From: a virus
IMG/VR virus record: IMGVR_UViG_3300043409_000868
Coordinates: 5,007 to 69,006 of that record
DNA length: 64,000 nt
Strand: one strand, 5' to 3'
Below the pieces are notes generated by a model. It saw nothing but the letters and a program-made list of their open reading frames with translations, did no database searches and had not been told where the DNA came from. A program made the position numbers and the translations under genes. Shown here in pieces: positions 46,867 to 57,102 of the stretch (within the stretch, counting starts at the first letter, position 1; each line of letters opens with the position of its first letter).

Positions 46867-48763
46867 AGATTTTGTCGCAGTAGATAAGTATTGCCGTTGG
46901 TTACCAGAACAAAGCCGTAGAGAGACATGGGAGGAAGCCGTAGATCGTTACTTTGATTACCTTATTAATCGTTTAGATCTTAAAACTAAGCTTCCTGCTG
47001 AAAAAATGGGAGATATTGACCTTGCTCGTAAAATGATGAAAGACCGAGAAGTCTTTGGTTCTATGAGAACCTTAATGACGGCAGGTCCTGCCCTTGACAA
47101 AGATGATGTAGCAGCTTATAATTGTTGTTATATTGCCATTAATACTACTCAAGACCTAGGTAATATCCTGTATGCACTGGCGTGTGGCACAGGTGTTGGG
47201 TTTTCAGTTGAAAAGAAGAATGTTAATAACCTTCCTCTTATTCCTGAATCTTTTACTAAGGGTTTAATTTATAAAGTAGCTGATTCCCGAGAAGGATGGG
47301 CTGATGCTTATGTTGAGTTTGTTAATGCTTTATATGCAGGTAAACATTACGAGATTGATTGTTCAAATATTCGCCCAGCTGGGGCTAGGCTAAAGACCTT
47401 TGGTGGTCGAGCATCTGGTCCAGAACCCTTTATTAGATTAATCAAGTTCACGGCTAACATCTTTAATGCGGCCCGTGGACGTAAGCTTAAGCCATTAGAA
47501 GTACATGACCTTGTATGTCAAATTGCAGATTCTATTGTTTCTGGTGGAGTTAGACGCTCTGCCTTAATCAGTCTATCTGATTTATCTGATTATGAAATGG
47601 CTCATGCCAAAAGTGGACCTTGGTGGGAAAGGAATGGACATCGTGCTCTTGCAAACAACTCTGTTGTGTACGAAACAAAGCCAGACATGGGTTCCTTTAT
47701 GCGGGAATGGTCATCTCTATACAACTCACGATCAGGTGAACGTGGGATTTGTAATAGAGAAGCAATGCGTCTTATTGCAAAGCGTGCTGGTAGAAAGGAA
47801 GAGTACGAATTTGGGACTAATCCCTGTTCTGAAATCATCCTACGACCAAATCAATTCTGTAATCTGTCCACGATTGCTGTACGGCCTGAAGACCAGGCCC
47901 CCCAACTCATTAATAAGATTAGGTTGGCGACTATTCTGGGAACGTTACAGAGTGCGCTTACCAACTTCTCGTATTTTGAGTCCAATAATAATTCCTCTTT
48001 CAAAAATAATTGTGAAGAAGAAAGATTACTTGGCGTTAGTATGACTGGTATCTTTGACAATAACCTAACCAATGGTGGTGATGGTCCAGAAGAACTACAG
48101 AAATTACTAGGAGTCTTAAAATTTGTTTCCCATAAAACTAATGAAGAATGGGCTAATTATATTGGAATTAATCCCTCCGTATCTATTACCTGTATTAAAC
48201 CTGAAGGTACTACTAGCTGTGTTGCTGGTACTGCTTCTGGATTACATCCAAGGTTTAGTAAGTTCTATATCCGACGTATACGCATGGCTAAGAACTCACC
48301 AATGGCAAGATTTATGATTGATTCAGGAGTTCCTAATGAAGATTGTGTAATAAAAGCAGAACAAACTACAATATTCTCTTTCCCTATTAAGGCAGACTTT
48401 GGTGTTACAGAGTCTCAGATCAATGCTCTTGGTCATCTTAATTTGTGGTTAGCATATCAACTTTGGTACTGTGATCACAAGCCAAGCATTACTGTTAACT
48501 ATAGTGACTCTGATTTCCTAGCTATTGGGGATTGGGTATGGAAACACTGGGAAGCAATTTCTGGTATTTCTTTCTTACCGAGGGATAACCATGTATATCA
48601 GCAAGCACCCTTTGAAATGATTACTGAAGAACAGTATGATAAAATGCAGAGTACTATGCCAACCAGCGTTGATTTTAGTCTTCTCTCACAATATGAGTTA
48701 GAGGATGGCACCACAAATGCTCGCGCCCTTGCTTGTACAGCAGGTGGTTGTGAGGTAAGTTAA
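46850..48763 (+). CDS. nrdJ: Class II (AdoCbl) ribonucleotide reductase
   Basis: RRETWEE, YNC, TFGGRASGP, GTNPCSEI, C-terminal CTAGGC. No nrdB nearby. Confidence 0.9.
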   Translation: MSKVFEDFVAVDKYCRWLPEQSRRETWEEAVDRYFDYLINRLDLKTKLPAEKMGDIDLARKMMKDREVFGSMRTLMTAGPALDKDDVAAYNCCYIAINTTQDLGNILYALACGTGVGFSVEKKNVNNLPLIPESFTKGLIYKVADSREGWADAYVEFVNALYAGKHYEIDCSNIRPAGARLKTFGGRASGPEPFIRLIKFTANIFNAARGRKLKPLEVHDLVCQIADSIVSGGVRRSALISLSDLSDYEMAHAKSGPWWERNGHRALANNSVVYETKPDMGSFMREWSSLYNSRSGERGICNREAMRLIAKRAGRKEEYEFGTNPCSEIILRPNQFCNLSTIAVRPEDQAPQLINKIRLATILGTLQSALTNFSYFESNNNSSFKNNCEEERLLGVSMTGIFDNNLTNGGDGPEELQKLLGVLKFVSHKTNEEWANYIGINPSVSITCIKPEGTTSCVAGTASGLHPRFSKFYIRRIRMAKNSPMARFMIDSGVPNEDCVIKAEQTTIFSFPIKADFGVTESQINALGHLNLWLAYQLWYCDHKPSITVNYSDSDFLAIGDWVWKHWEAISGISFLPRDNHVYQQAPFEMITEEQYDKMQSTMPTSVDFSLLSQYELEDGTTNARALACTAGGCEVS

Positions 48764-48773
48764 GGAGTACACT

Positions 48774-49001
48774 ATGTCTCAGATGTATGTTGAAACAGAG
48801 TATGATATGGACATGGCGTTAGCCGAAACTATTAAATTAGCGAAACTAACCAATTGTCAATTGGATGTTGGTTTCAATAACATGAAAATGGTGCACATTT
48901 TCTTGGATAATCTCCAAGAACAACTAGTAGAAAATAAAATAAATCCTAATAAAAAGGACTTTCACCTTAATATAATGGTAAAAACAAATGAACAAGCTTG
49001 A
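48774..49001 (+). CDS. Hypothetical protein
   Basis: AAGGAG SD. Confidence 0.65.
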   Translation: MSQMYVETEYDMDMALAETIKLAKLTNCQLDVGFNNMKMVHIFLDNLQEQLVENKINPNKKDFHLNIMVKTNEQA

Positions 49002-49096
49002 AATTTTATTAAAGAAGTGGAAGGCAGGGTCCATTAGGGACCCTGACCTTTCGTTGTGTCTTAGTTACATAAATGGTTTATTACTAGAGAGATCAA

Positions 49097-49279
49097 ATGA
49101 AAGAACAGTTGAACATAAACAAGGACCTGATTCAGTATCTGGAGAAAGCGATATCCCTGCAACCAAGCGACTTAAAATTAAAGGATTACGAGAGGGGATT
49201 TAAAGCTGGTCAATTAGAAGTTATCTCAAAATTACGTACTTTATTTGAACAACAGGAAAGGAGAAACGGTTATGCCTAA
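49097..49279 (+). CDS. Small protein (T7 gp6.5-like position)
   Basis: LIQYLE...F.AGQ..VI..L pattern, located before the portal block. Confidence 0.55.
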   Translation: MKEQLNINKDLIQYLEKAISLQPSDLKLKDYERGFKAGQLEVISKLRTLFEQQERRNGYA

Positions 49280-49673
49280 TTTTTTAATGATGTCTGAACT
49301 AAAACAATTACCTGAAATAAAGAAATATAAAGGTGGTGGTGGTGGCGGAAACATTGATGTTGCTGGACAAATGCGTCAACAAGAAGAAATGATGGGTAGA
49401 CAAATGGCTATGCAACAACAATACCAGATTGACGCTGAATCTCGCTTTCGTGCTGAGTCTGATCGTCAACGTAATTTAGAATATCTAAATAGGCAAACAG
49501 CAGCAGCCGCTAAAGAAGAGAGATATAAGAAACAACAACAACAAGAAACAGCACTTGTTAGTGAAATGACTGGTCAATCAAAGTCAGAGTCTAATGACTT
49601 TGGTGGTGGTTTTAACCTAGCAATGCCAACAATCGAACGACCAGGATATGAAAGTATTAGTCGTCCAATATAA
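49272..49673 (+). CDS. Virion assembly protein (gp6.7/7.3-like position)
   Basis: KGGGGGG, Gln-rich, immediately before the portal. Confidence 0.55.
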   Translation: MPNFLMMSELKQLPEIKKYKGGGGGGNIDVAGQMRQQEEMMGRQMAMQQQYQIDAESRFRAESDRQRNLEYLNRQTAAAAKEERYKKQQQQETALVSEMTGQSKSESNDFGGGFNLAMPTIERPGYESISRPI

Positions 49674-49682
49674 GGAGAGAAT

Positions 49683-51293
49683 ATGAAAGCTGAAAAGACT
49701 ATTAAGGATAGATGGTTTACTCTAAATGCAAAACGCGAATCAAAATTAAACAAGTCCCGAGCTTGTTCTGCATTAACTGTACCGACTCTATTACCATATC
49801 AATCTCTATCTGGAGAGGATAATCTTGTTCAGACTTATTCATCTGTACAATCGAGGGGTGTTACATCTCTTGCTAGTAAAATTCTTAGTGTGTTAATTCC
49901 ATTAAATGATACTCCCTTTTTTACATTTGGTCTTCGTAATGGTAGAGAACCAGAAGCCGAAGTGGGTGAGTACTTAAGTAAACTATCTTTTCAAGTATAT
50001 AAAAAACTTATTTCTAATAACCTACGAGAGATATCTTACTTAGCTATTCAACATTTAGTTGTTATTGGCGATGTATTAATTGTAATGGAAAATGATTTTT
50101 CTTTCCGTGTTATTCGATTAGATCAATTTGTCGTTCGTCGAGATGTAAATGGTTCTATTAAAGAATTTATTTATCTTGAATACATTTCTCCTAGTAACGA
50201 GGAGGCTGCAAGTGCGTATGACTTCCTTTCGGGTGAAGAAAAACAAACTGGTTATAAGACGGTATATATCCGAGTCTCGCAAAGCCCTGATCTATCGTGG
50301 CAAGTTGAAAAAGAACTTGACGGAACGATCATTGATACGGGATACTATACTGTTCTTCCTTATATTATCCTTCGTTGGGCTAGTGTTGCTGGTGAAGACT
50401 ATGGTCGAAGCCATGTAGAAGATATCTATTCTGATATTAGAACCTTAGAATCATATAGTCGTGCTATGATTCAAGGCATGGCAGCAGCCTCTACATTCTT
50501 TATGGGTGTAGATCCAGCTGGTATCTCTGAAATTGATGATCTTTCTGTAGCACAGAACGGACAATGGGTTGGTGCAAGAAAACAAGATATCTTTGTCATT
50601 ACCCCAGGAGACACTATTAATCCTCAGTTGCAAGCGTGTGCTGCGGCTGTAGATGCTATGCGTAAAGAGGTAGGTCAAGGGTTCTTACTACAGACCTCAG
50701 CCATGCCTACAGGTGACAGAGTTACTGCTACTGCTGTTAGAGCCGTAGGTAATGAATTAGAAACAATCTTAGGTGGTACATTCTCGTCTATTGCTAGAGA
50801 CTTTATGATTCCAATTGTTCGTAGAACAATCTATTTAATGATTGAAAATAATGAAGTTGATCAAAGAATGAAAGAACAATTTGATGAGAATAATGGTATT
50901 CTTAATATTGAAATCTTAACTGGTCTACAATCTCTATCTAGAGAATCTGATATTACTAAGTTACTACAGATGGGTGAAATGGTTCGCAATCTTCCTCCAG
51001 AAGCTGCTTCTAGTTTTAAATGGGAAGCATATGCTAGAGCCTTAATTACATCTATGGGATTTGATGCAAACAATTGGGTACGTAGTGCAGAAGAAATTGC
51101 AGAAGAAAAGCAGAAACTAGCTCAACAACAACAGCAGATGGAAATGCAAAAGATGTTTGCACAAGGTTCTGCTAATGCTATGAGTGGTGCTGCTCAAGCA
51201 GATCTACAAGAGACAGGTGGTCAAAATATCCCACCTGAAATGGCACAACAAGCTATGCAACTAATGGGTCAAGGAGGTATGCCTAATGGCTAA
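49683..51293 (+). CDS. Portal / head-tail connector (T7 gp8-like)
   Basis: YSSVQSRGVTSLASK, GEDYGRS, RVTATAV. Confidence 0.95.
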   Translation: MKAEKTIKDRWFTLNAKRESKLNKSRACSALTVPTLLPYQSLSGEDNLVQTYSSVQSRGVTSLASKILSVLIPLNDTPFFTFGLRNGREPEAEVGEYLSKLSFQVYKKLISNNLREISYLAIQHLVVIGDVLIVMENDFSFRVIRLDQFVVRRDVNGSIKEFIYLEYISPSNEEAASAYDFLSGEEKQTGYKTVYIRVSQSPDLSWQVEKELDGTIIDTGYYTVLPYIILRWASVAGEDYGRSHVEDIYSDIRTLESYSRAMIQGMAAASTFFMGVDPAGISEIDDLSVAQNGQWVGARKQDIFVITPGDTINPQLQACAAAVDAMRKEVGQGFLLQTSAMPTGDRVTATAVRAVGNELETILGGTFSSIARDFMIPIVRRTIYLMIENNEVDQRMKEQFDENNGILNIEILTGLQSLSRESDITKLLQMGEMVRNLPPEAASSFKWEAYARALITSMGFDANNWVRSAEEIAEEKQKLAQQQQQMEMQKMFAQGSANAMSGAAQADLQETGGQNIPPEMAQQAMQLMGQGGMPNG

Positions 51294-51582
51294 AACAACA
51301 AATAAAGAATCTATGCCGTGTAATCAACCAAAGAAATCAACTTCTCCTGGAAAGAAGAAGATGGTTAAAGCATGTGCTAATGGACAAGAAAAAATCATTC
51401 ACTTTGGAGCTACAGGTTATGGTAACAACTATAGTGCGGAAGCTCGCAAATCTTTCAAAGCACGGCATAACTGCGACTCTGCGGATAATAAACTAAGTGC
51501 TAAATACTGGGCTTGTAAGAATCTATGGGCTGGGCCTGGGGGTGCTAAAACACCATGTCCAAAAAATAGGAAGTGCAAATGA
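51286..51582 (+). CDS. Small basic conserved phage protein
   Basis: IIHFG..GY, RKSFKARHNC, SAKYWA motifs common in aquatic phages. Confidence 0.7.
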   Translation: MAKTTNKESMPCNQPKKSTSPGKKKMVKACANGQEKIIHFGATGYGNNYSAEARKSFKARHNCDSADNKLSAKYWACKNLWAGPGGAKTPCPKNRKCK

Positions 51583-53243
51583 CAGACCGTAAACAATCAG
51601 CCCACGCACGCCGTGAAGATCGAAAATTACAAGGTACAACAAGTGCTACTGACAGTAATACTATAGTTAACCTTAATACTTTTGTTGAACAGACAACTCA
51701 AAATCTAGCTACTATTGGTAATACCTTAGGTAATGTATCTACTCAGACTGATTCAACTACTATTCTTCTAAACCAACAACTAGATGTAACCAATATAACC
51801 TCTTGGGAAGCTAGAATTCAAGATTTAGAAAATAATCCAGTAGGTGGTGGCGGTGGAGGTATAGATCCAAGTGATCCAGATCAACCAGTAATTATTGTCG
51901 ATAATTATATTAGACAACCCAATGGTGATGCTGCTGGAACACTTTCTCTTTATCTATACCCATATGGTAATACTACAGTATTAAATTCATTTTCTCTTCC
52001 TATTTTTTTTGTTGAATCTGAGGTAGATCATCCTGGAATCATGGGATTTAGATTCCCTAATTATAGCACTGGCCCATATGCTTTAGCCTTAGGTGCAACA
52101 GTAACAGCTGATATATGTAAATTTCTTGATGTAAACACAGTATATTATATAATAAAAACACCAGCAACTTTATTTCACTCAATTAGAATAGGTTTTAAAG
52201 ATGATTATGGAACTGATATTACAACCAATGGTATATTCTTTGAAAGGTTAATGGGAGAAGCTAATATTAGTATTGTTACTAGATCTGGTGGAACTCAAAC
52301 AAAAACATCTAGTGGTATTGCATACTCTGCTAATACTTGGTATATATTTAAAATTGCCAGAACATTGACAAATACTGTAGATTTTACTATTAATACAACT
52401 ACAATTAACCAAACTACTAATATACCAACAGGATTTCTTAATGTTGGTATACAACTCCTTAGTGATGGTACTAGCAATACCGCTGATGAAGATTTTAAAA
52501 TAGATTTTTTTAGTCTTAAATTAGGTGATGTTGCTGCAGTATTGCCAACAGGAACCACAGTAGTAGGTACGGCTGGTGAAGTTGAAGTAACTACAGTTGG
52601 ATCTGTTATTACTGTAGGATTACCTAGCTCAGTACTGATTAATACAACATTAACTTCCCTTGCTAATAACGATGTACTACAATGGAACACAACAGAGTGG
52701 GTCAATAGATCACTATCATCAGCTGGTATAGCCGCTGCTACCCATACTCATGTAATAGCAGATATAACATCTATACCACAAATGAGATTACTTGGTAGAT
52801 GGAATGCAGGAGGAACTGGAGTAGGTCAACACATTACTATTGGCAACGGTCTTAAACTATCCGCTCTTGGTGAATTAGCTACCATAGCTAATTCACCTGT
52901 TCCAGACACTTTAGCTTTAACAGCAGGACTAGGTTTAACAGGTGGTGGAGATTTATCTGCTAATAGAACATTTGCTGTAAATTTTGTTACTTCGGGTGTT
53001 AGTAATGCAACTCAAGTAGTAAGAGCAGATGATTCAAGATTATCTAACTCTAGAACCCCTACTAGCCATACTCATGCCCTCAGTGATCTTACACAAACAG
53101 GTGCTACTTTAAATCAAGTTATTCAATGGAATAATACGGCATGGGTCCCTGCTACAATTTCTGGTGGTTCAGATTTTATTGATGGGGGATTCCCTAGTGA
53201 TAATTACAGTAACATTGCAACTATAGATGGAGGAACACCTTAA
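51579..53243 (+). CDS. Tail fibre/spike protein
   Basis: Lectin-like beta region, HTH repeats, [17 protein letters not shown]. Confidence 0.7.
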   Translation: MTDRKQSAHARREDRKLQGTTSATDSNTIVNLNTFVEQTTQNLATIGNTLGNVSTQTDSTTILLNQQLDVTNITSWEARIQDLENNPVGGGGGGIDPSDPDQPVIIVDNYIRQPNGDAAGTLSLYLYPYGNTTVLNSFSLPIFFVESEVDHPGIMGFRFPNYSTGPYALALGATVTADICKFLDVNTVYYIIKTPATLFHSIRIGFKDDYGTDITTNGIFFERLMGEANISIVTRSGGTQTKTSSGIAYSANTWYIFKIARTLTNTVDFTINTTTINQTTNIPTGFLNVGIQLLSDGTSNTADEDFKIDFFSLKLGDVAAVLPTGTTVVGTAGEVEVTTVGSVITVGLPSSVLINTTLTSLANNDVLQWNTTEWVNRSLSSAGIAAATHTHVIADITSIPQMRLLGRWNAGGTGVGQHITIGNGLKLSALGELATIANSPVPDTLALTAGLGLTGGGDLSANRTFAVNFVTSGVSNATQVVRADDSRLSNSRTPTSHTHALSDLTQTGATLNQVIQWNNTAWVPATISGGSDFIDGGFPSDNYSNIATIDGGTP

Positions 53244-54412
53244 TGGCATCTAAGATACAAATACGAAGAGGTACTGCTGCACAATGGACTGCGGCTAATC
53301 CTATTTTAATTATAGGTGAGTTAGGATTTGAAACTGACACAAATTTAATTAAAGCTGGTAACGGTAGTACAGCATGGACATCTCTTCCTTATTACACTGG
53401 TGCTGTTGGTCCTACGGGTGCTACAGGTGCTACGGGTGCTACAGGAGCACAAGGAATTCAGGGCATCCAAGGTGCTACTGGTGCTACTGGTGCTACTGGT
53501 GCTACTGGTGCTACTGGTGCTACTGGTGCTGCTAGTACTGTTGCAGGTCCTACGGGACCTACAGGACCTACAGGTCTTACGGGACCTACAGGTCCAGCAG
53601 GAACCAATGGAACTAATGGAACAAATGGTGCACAAGGTATCCAAGGCGATACAGGATTAACAGGTCCAACTGGACCTACAGGAGCACAAGGAATTCAAGG
53701 CATCCAAGGTGCTACAGGATTAACAGGTGCTACAGGTGCTGCTAGTACTGTAGCAGGACCTACAGGTCCTACGGGTCCAACAGGTCCTACGGGTCCTGCA
53801 GGAACTAATGGCACAAACGGAGCGCAGGGAATTCAGGGTAATACAGGATTGACAGGTGCTACGGGTGCTACAGGTGCAGCAAGTACCGTTGCGGGTCCAA
53901 CTGGACCTACGGGTCCGACAGGCGCAACAGGCGCGGCAGGAACAAACGGCACAAACGGCGCGCAGGGCATCCAAGGTGCTACGGGCGCGACGGGCGCGAC
54001 TGGTCCCGCAGGAACAACGCTCGCATCAGGTCTGACAGGCACAACGCTTGCATCCAATGTCGTCGCATCTAGCCTGACATCGGTAGCAGCGTTAACCGCT
54101 GACGCATACGCGCTGTCCTCAAGCGGCATCAGCACGAAGACGGCAAGTTACACGCTCGTAGCAGGTGACAACGGAAAAATTATTACAATGAATGTGGCAT
54201 CAGCAAACACGCTAACCGTTCCAGCATCGCTTGCTGTTGGGTTTAATTGCACAATTATACAGCTTGGCGCAGGACAAACAACAATTACAGCATCTGGTAC
54301 TACTTTAAATTCATATCAAGGTTATTTAAAAATTAGTGGACAACATGGATCAGCTAGTATAATTAGTTATGTATCTAATGTTTACAATATAGCAGGGAGT
54401 TTAAGCGCATGA
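53243..54412 (+). CDS. Collagen-like tail fibre with Mtd/hyaluronidase-type N-terminal domain
   Basis: [11 protein letters not shown]...GELGFETDT...GNG..AW..LPY and a long Gly-X-Y tract. Confidence 0.85.
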   Translation: MASKIQIRRGTAAQWTAANPILIIGELGFETDTNLIKAGNGSTAWTSLPYYTGAVGPTGATGATGATGAQGIQGIQGATGATGATGATGATGATGAASTVAGPTGPTGPTGLTGPTGPAGTNGTNGTNGAQGIQGDTGLTGPTGPTGAQGIQGIQGATGLTGATGAASTVAGPTGPTGPTGPTGPAGTNGTNGAQGIQGNTGLTGATGATGAASTVAGPTGPTGPTGATGAAGTNGTNGAQGIQGATGATGATGPAGTTLASGLTGTTLASNVVASSLTSVAALTADAYALSSSGISTKTASYTLVAGDNGKIITMNVASANTLTVPASLAVGFNCTIIQLGAGQTTITASGTTLNSYQGYLKISGQHGSASIISYVSNVYNIAGSLSA

Positions 54413-55158
54413 TTATTCCATCTCAACATGCCAGTCGAGTTGCTAGGGCTGCTGCTGCCGCGCCTCCTGCGGGTAGCGCGTTTACGGCGGGAGAGTTCAA
54501 CTTTAATGACCAGTACGGTCTGACTTCAAATCAGGGATACACGACAAACATTGTCACAATGCCGCACGGTGGAACATTGGCTGTCTACTGCAACAATGTT
54601 ACCGATGGTGGTGGGTACATCTACAAGAACGGAGTGGCGCAGACCGCGTACACCACATCCGCTATGGTTTCATCTGGCTTCTATGCGTACTCAGCGCAGT
54701 ACGCGCAGTTTGCAGTTGCAACTGGCGACCAAGTATATTTTCAGTACGCAGGGTTTCCGTTCGGAAATGTTATCTTAACTATTGAAGTGCGAAACGCTAC
54801 TTTTGTTGGGACTCTAATTGATACTCATCAGGTCGAGTTTACTGGCGAATGTTTCCTGACTACAGCGGTAGTCGCACGCATGGGTGGCGTTGACAACGGA
54901 CCAGAACTCACCGCTATGCGAATGCTGCGTGAGCATTACCGTTCGACTCAGGGCTACGCAGAAGAGATCCAAGACTACTACACCCACTCCCCGCTCATTG
55001 TAAATGCGATCAACAACTCGCCTGACAAAGATGCGATCTACCTAGAGATCTATGCAGTAGTAAAGGCTTGCGAGTCATTTGTAATGGCGGGTGAATGGGA
55101 ACAAGCGCACGACCAATACATGACCATGTACCTAAACTTAAAAGGGAGATTTATTTAA
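54409..55158 (+). CDS. Fibre-associated protein with C-terminal CFI-box-CTERM-like domain
   Basis: ECFLTTAV...[16 protein letters not shown]. Confidence 0.65.
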   Translation: MIIPSQHASRVARAAAAAPPAGSAFTAGEFNFNDQYGLTSNQGYTTNIVTMPHGGTLAVYCNNVTDGGGYIYKNGVAQTAYTTSAMVSSGFYAYSAQYAQFAVATGDQVYFQYAGFPFGNVILTIEVRNATFVGTLIDTHQVEFTGECFLTTAVVARMGGVDNGPELTAMRMLREHYRSTQGYAEEIQDYYTHSPLIVNAINNSPDKDAIYLEIYAVVKACESFVMAGEWEQAHDQYMTMYLNLKGRFI

Positions 55159-55904
55159 TGAAGTTACAACATCAACTTAAATTGTTTTTTATCTCATTAA
55201 TATGTTTAACTAACACAACCTCTGCACAAATTGACCCTACAGCCAAGCTCAACCTATCCCTAGTGGCCCCACAACAGGCTGTGGCACTAGATGATATCAT
55301 TGAGGTACAGCTCATGGTATCAGCCGAGAATGCCCCACAAAGGTTTGTAGTGGCTGATGTACCCTTTGGATGGAATAATACCAAACTACAACTCCTAGGA
55401 GTATCCTTAGTTGAATCTCATGTTGGGGTTATGTCTGGATACTCTACTTTTCCTAATAATGATTATACCTTATGCAATGAAGTAGTTCCTCCACAAGATG
55501 GTAATGGAATGTTTTATTGCTATGGAGTACTAGGTTACCAATGGATTGTAACCACAGAGCCAGCCCAGATGTGTAAGTTTGTCTTTAAAGTAATAGGATT
55601 AGGTCAATCAGAGATTATCCTATATGACAACCTACCCCTTAATCCACAATACCCAGCAGAATGTATTGTATACGGTTGTTGTGTAGGTGGAAACATTGTT
55701 ACTGGGTCTTTAACCAATACAACTGTTGGTCTTGCTTTACAGGGTGATTTTAATAATGATGGTTTAGTAACAGCTCAAGACATGGGTGAACTCCTAGCCG
55801 ACTGGGGATCTACTAGTTTTAAACCTAATCCACATGACATTAACGGAGACGGCACAGTAAACTCACAGGACTTAGCCTTACTGGTTAATAACTGGACTCA
55901 ATAA
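55158..55904 (+). CDS. Secreted cohesin-like plus dockerin-like (EF-hand) protein
   Basis: Signal peptide, beta-sandwich, paired DFNNDGLV..QD..LLADWG / DINGDGTVNSQDLALLVNNW. Confidence 0.75.
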   Translation: MKLQHQLKLFFISLICLTNTTSAQIDPTAKLNLSLVAPQQAVALDDIIEVQLMVSAENAPQRFVVADVPFGWNNTKLQLLGVSLVESHVGVMSGYSTFPNNDYTLCNEVVPPQDGNGMFYCYGVLGYQWIVTTEPAQMCKFVFKVIGLGQSEIILYDNLPLNPQYPAECIVYGCCVGGNIVTGSLTNTTVGLALQGDFNNDGLVTAQDMGELLADWGSTSFKPNPHDINGDGTVNSQDLALLVNNWTQ

Positions 55905-56105
55905 ACCCACCCAATCTGCAGTGTTCTAGTTAAATCTATTGAACCTCAGATTGTTTTTTAGGTATCTCTTCCTACCTAAATCAACCATTACTATTAATAG
56001 AATCCTGTAATCTACTAATGTGTGGTTGGTGGGACAAATATTCAACAAATAACCTAGGAGTTAGAATCTTTAACTAAAGACGCAACAAAAAAGGAGGCAA
56101 ATTAA

Positions 56106-56219
56106 ATGCCAAAAGTAGGTAAAAAATCATTTCCTTATACAGCAAAAGGCAAAGCCGATGCAAAAGTAGAAGCTAAGAAATCTGGTAAGAAAATGTCAAT
56201 GAAGAAAGGCTATAAATAA
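56106..56219 (+). CDS. Tiny basic protein (MPKVGKK.FPYT.KG family)
   Basis: AGGAGG SD and a motif typical of aquatic podoviruses. Confidence 0.7.
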   Translation: MPKVGKKSFPYTAKGKADAKVEAKKSGKKMSMKKGYK

Positions 56220-56283
56220 TGACTAAGAAAAAATCAACAACTAAAAAGAAACCCAAGATGTCTTGTGGTTGCGGAGGTAAGAA

Positions 56284-57081
56284 ATGATTCCAGCATCAGG
56301 TTCAATTAACGTATTAAGTACAACTACTTTAGGAACATCAGCATTAACTGGAACCTTAACTGGAACTACCGTTGCAGGTAGTAGATTACTAATTGTTACA
56401 AGTACTCCACCAAGTGCTTTAGATGGTATTAGAACAACAGCTGGTTTATTTTTAGGAAACGTAACAAACTTTCCAGTTGGATGTAGGGTAATTGCTCAAC
56501 AAAGCCCTGTTAGTTATGCTTATGTTGGTGTATCTCATGCAGCTGGTACAGCTACTCTTAGTGTTGCTACTATGCCTTTTGCTTCTGTATCAGGACAAAC
56601 TTTTACTGTAACAGGAGCAACTAATTCTGCATTAAATGGAACATATGTAACTACTGCAACAGGAAGTACAACTACTTTTGTATTTGCTTTAGCAGCAGAT
56701 CCTTTAACTGGTTTTACTGGATGTTCAGTAACTCCAGGTATTATCAACAGTGTAGCTGGAACATCAAGTGGTTGTGTCGGTTATTATACAATTAATATGC
56801 CAGCTACAACTACTGTTAATGCCGCTTCATTAAGTACTGCTACTTGGACTCCATTTGTATTACCAGCTAGTACAACACATGTAATTAGTACTGCAGTTAC
56901 TGCTACAAACACATTTGCTAATCTTATTTTAGATGGTGTGGGTTCTGTTACCCTTCCTTGTTTAGACATTGTTTGTTTTAAGAATCTATTTGCTGGTAGT
57001 TACGTTATGGCAAATGGAGGAGCAGCAACAGATGTAAGTAAACTTGTCTTTTGTACAGTCAACCCTAATGGAAGAAATTAA
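56284..57081 (+). CDS. Thr/Ser-rich beta structural protein
   Basis: Composition and position in the structural block. Confidence 0.65.
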   Translation: MIPASGSINVLSTTTLGTSALTGTLTGTTVAGSRLLIVTSTPPSALDGIRTTAGLFLGNVTNFPVGCRVIAQQSPVSYAYVGVSHAAGTATLSVATMPFASVSGQTFTVTGATNSALNGTYVTTATGSTTTFVFALAADPLTGFTGCSVTPGIINSVAGTSSGCVGYYTINMPATTTVNAASLSTATWTPFVLPASTTHVISTAVTATNTFANLILDGVGSVTLPCLDIVCFKNLFAGSYVMANGGAATDVSKLVFCTVNPNGRN

Positions 57082-57102
57082 TTAAAATTGGAGGACTAAT
57101 CA

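Noticed and set aside
53345-54135. Alternate-frame and reverse-strand ORFs in the collagen repeat
   Set aside because: These are artefacts of low-complexity 9-nt periodicity.
53243-54412. Diversity-generating retroelement target (Mtd-like N-terminus)
   Set aside because: No reverse transcriptase and no TR/VR pair with A-specific mismatches was seen.
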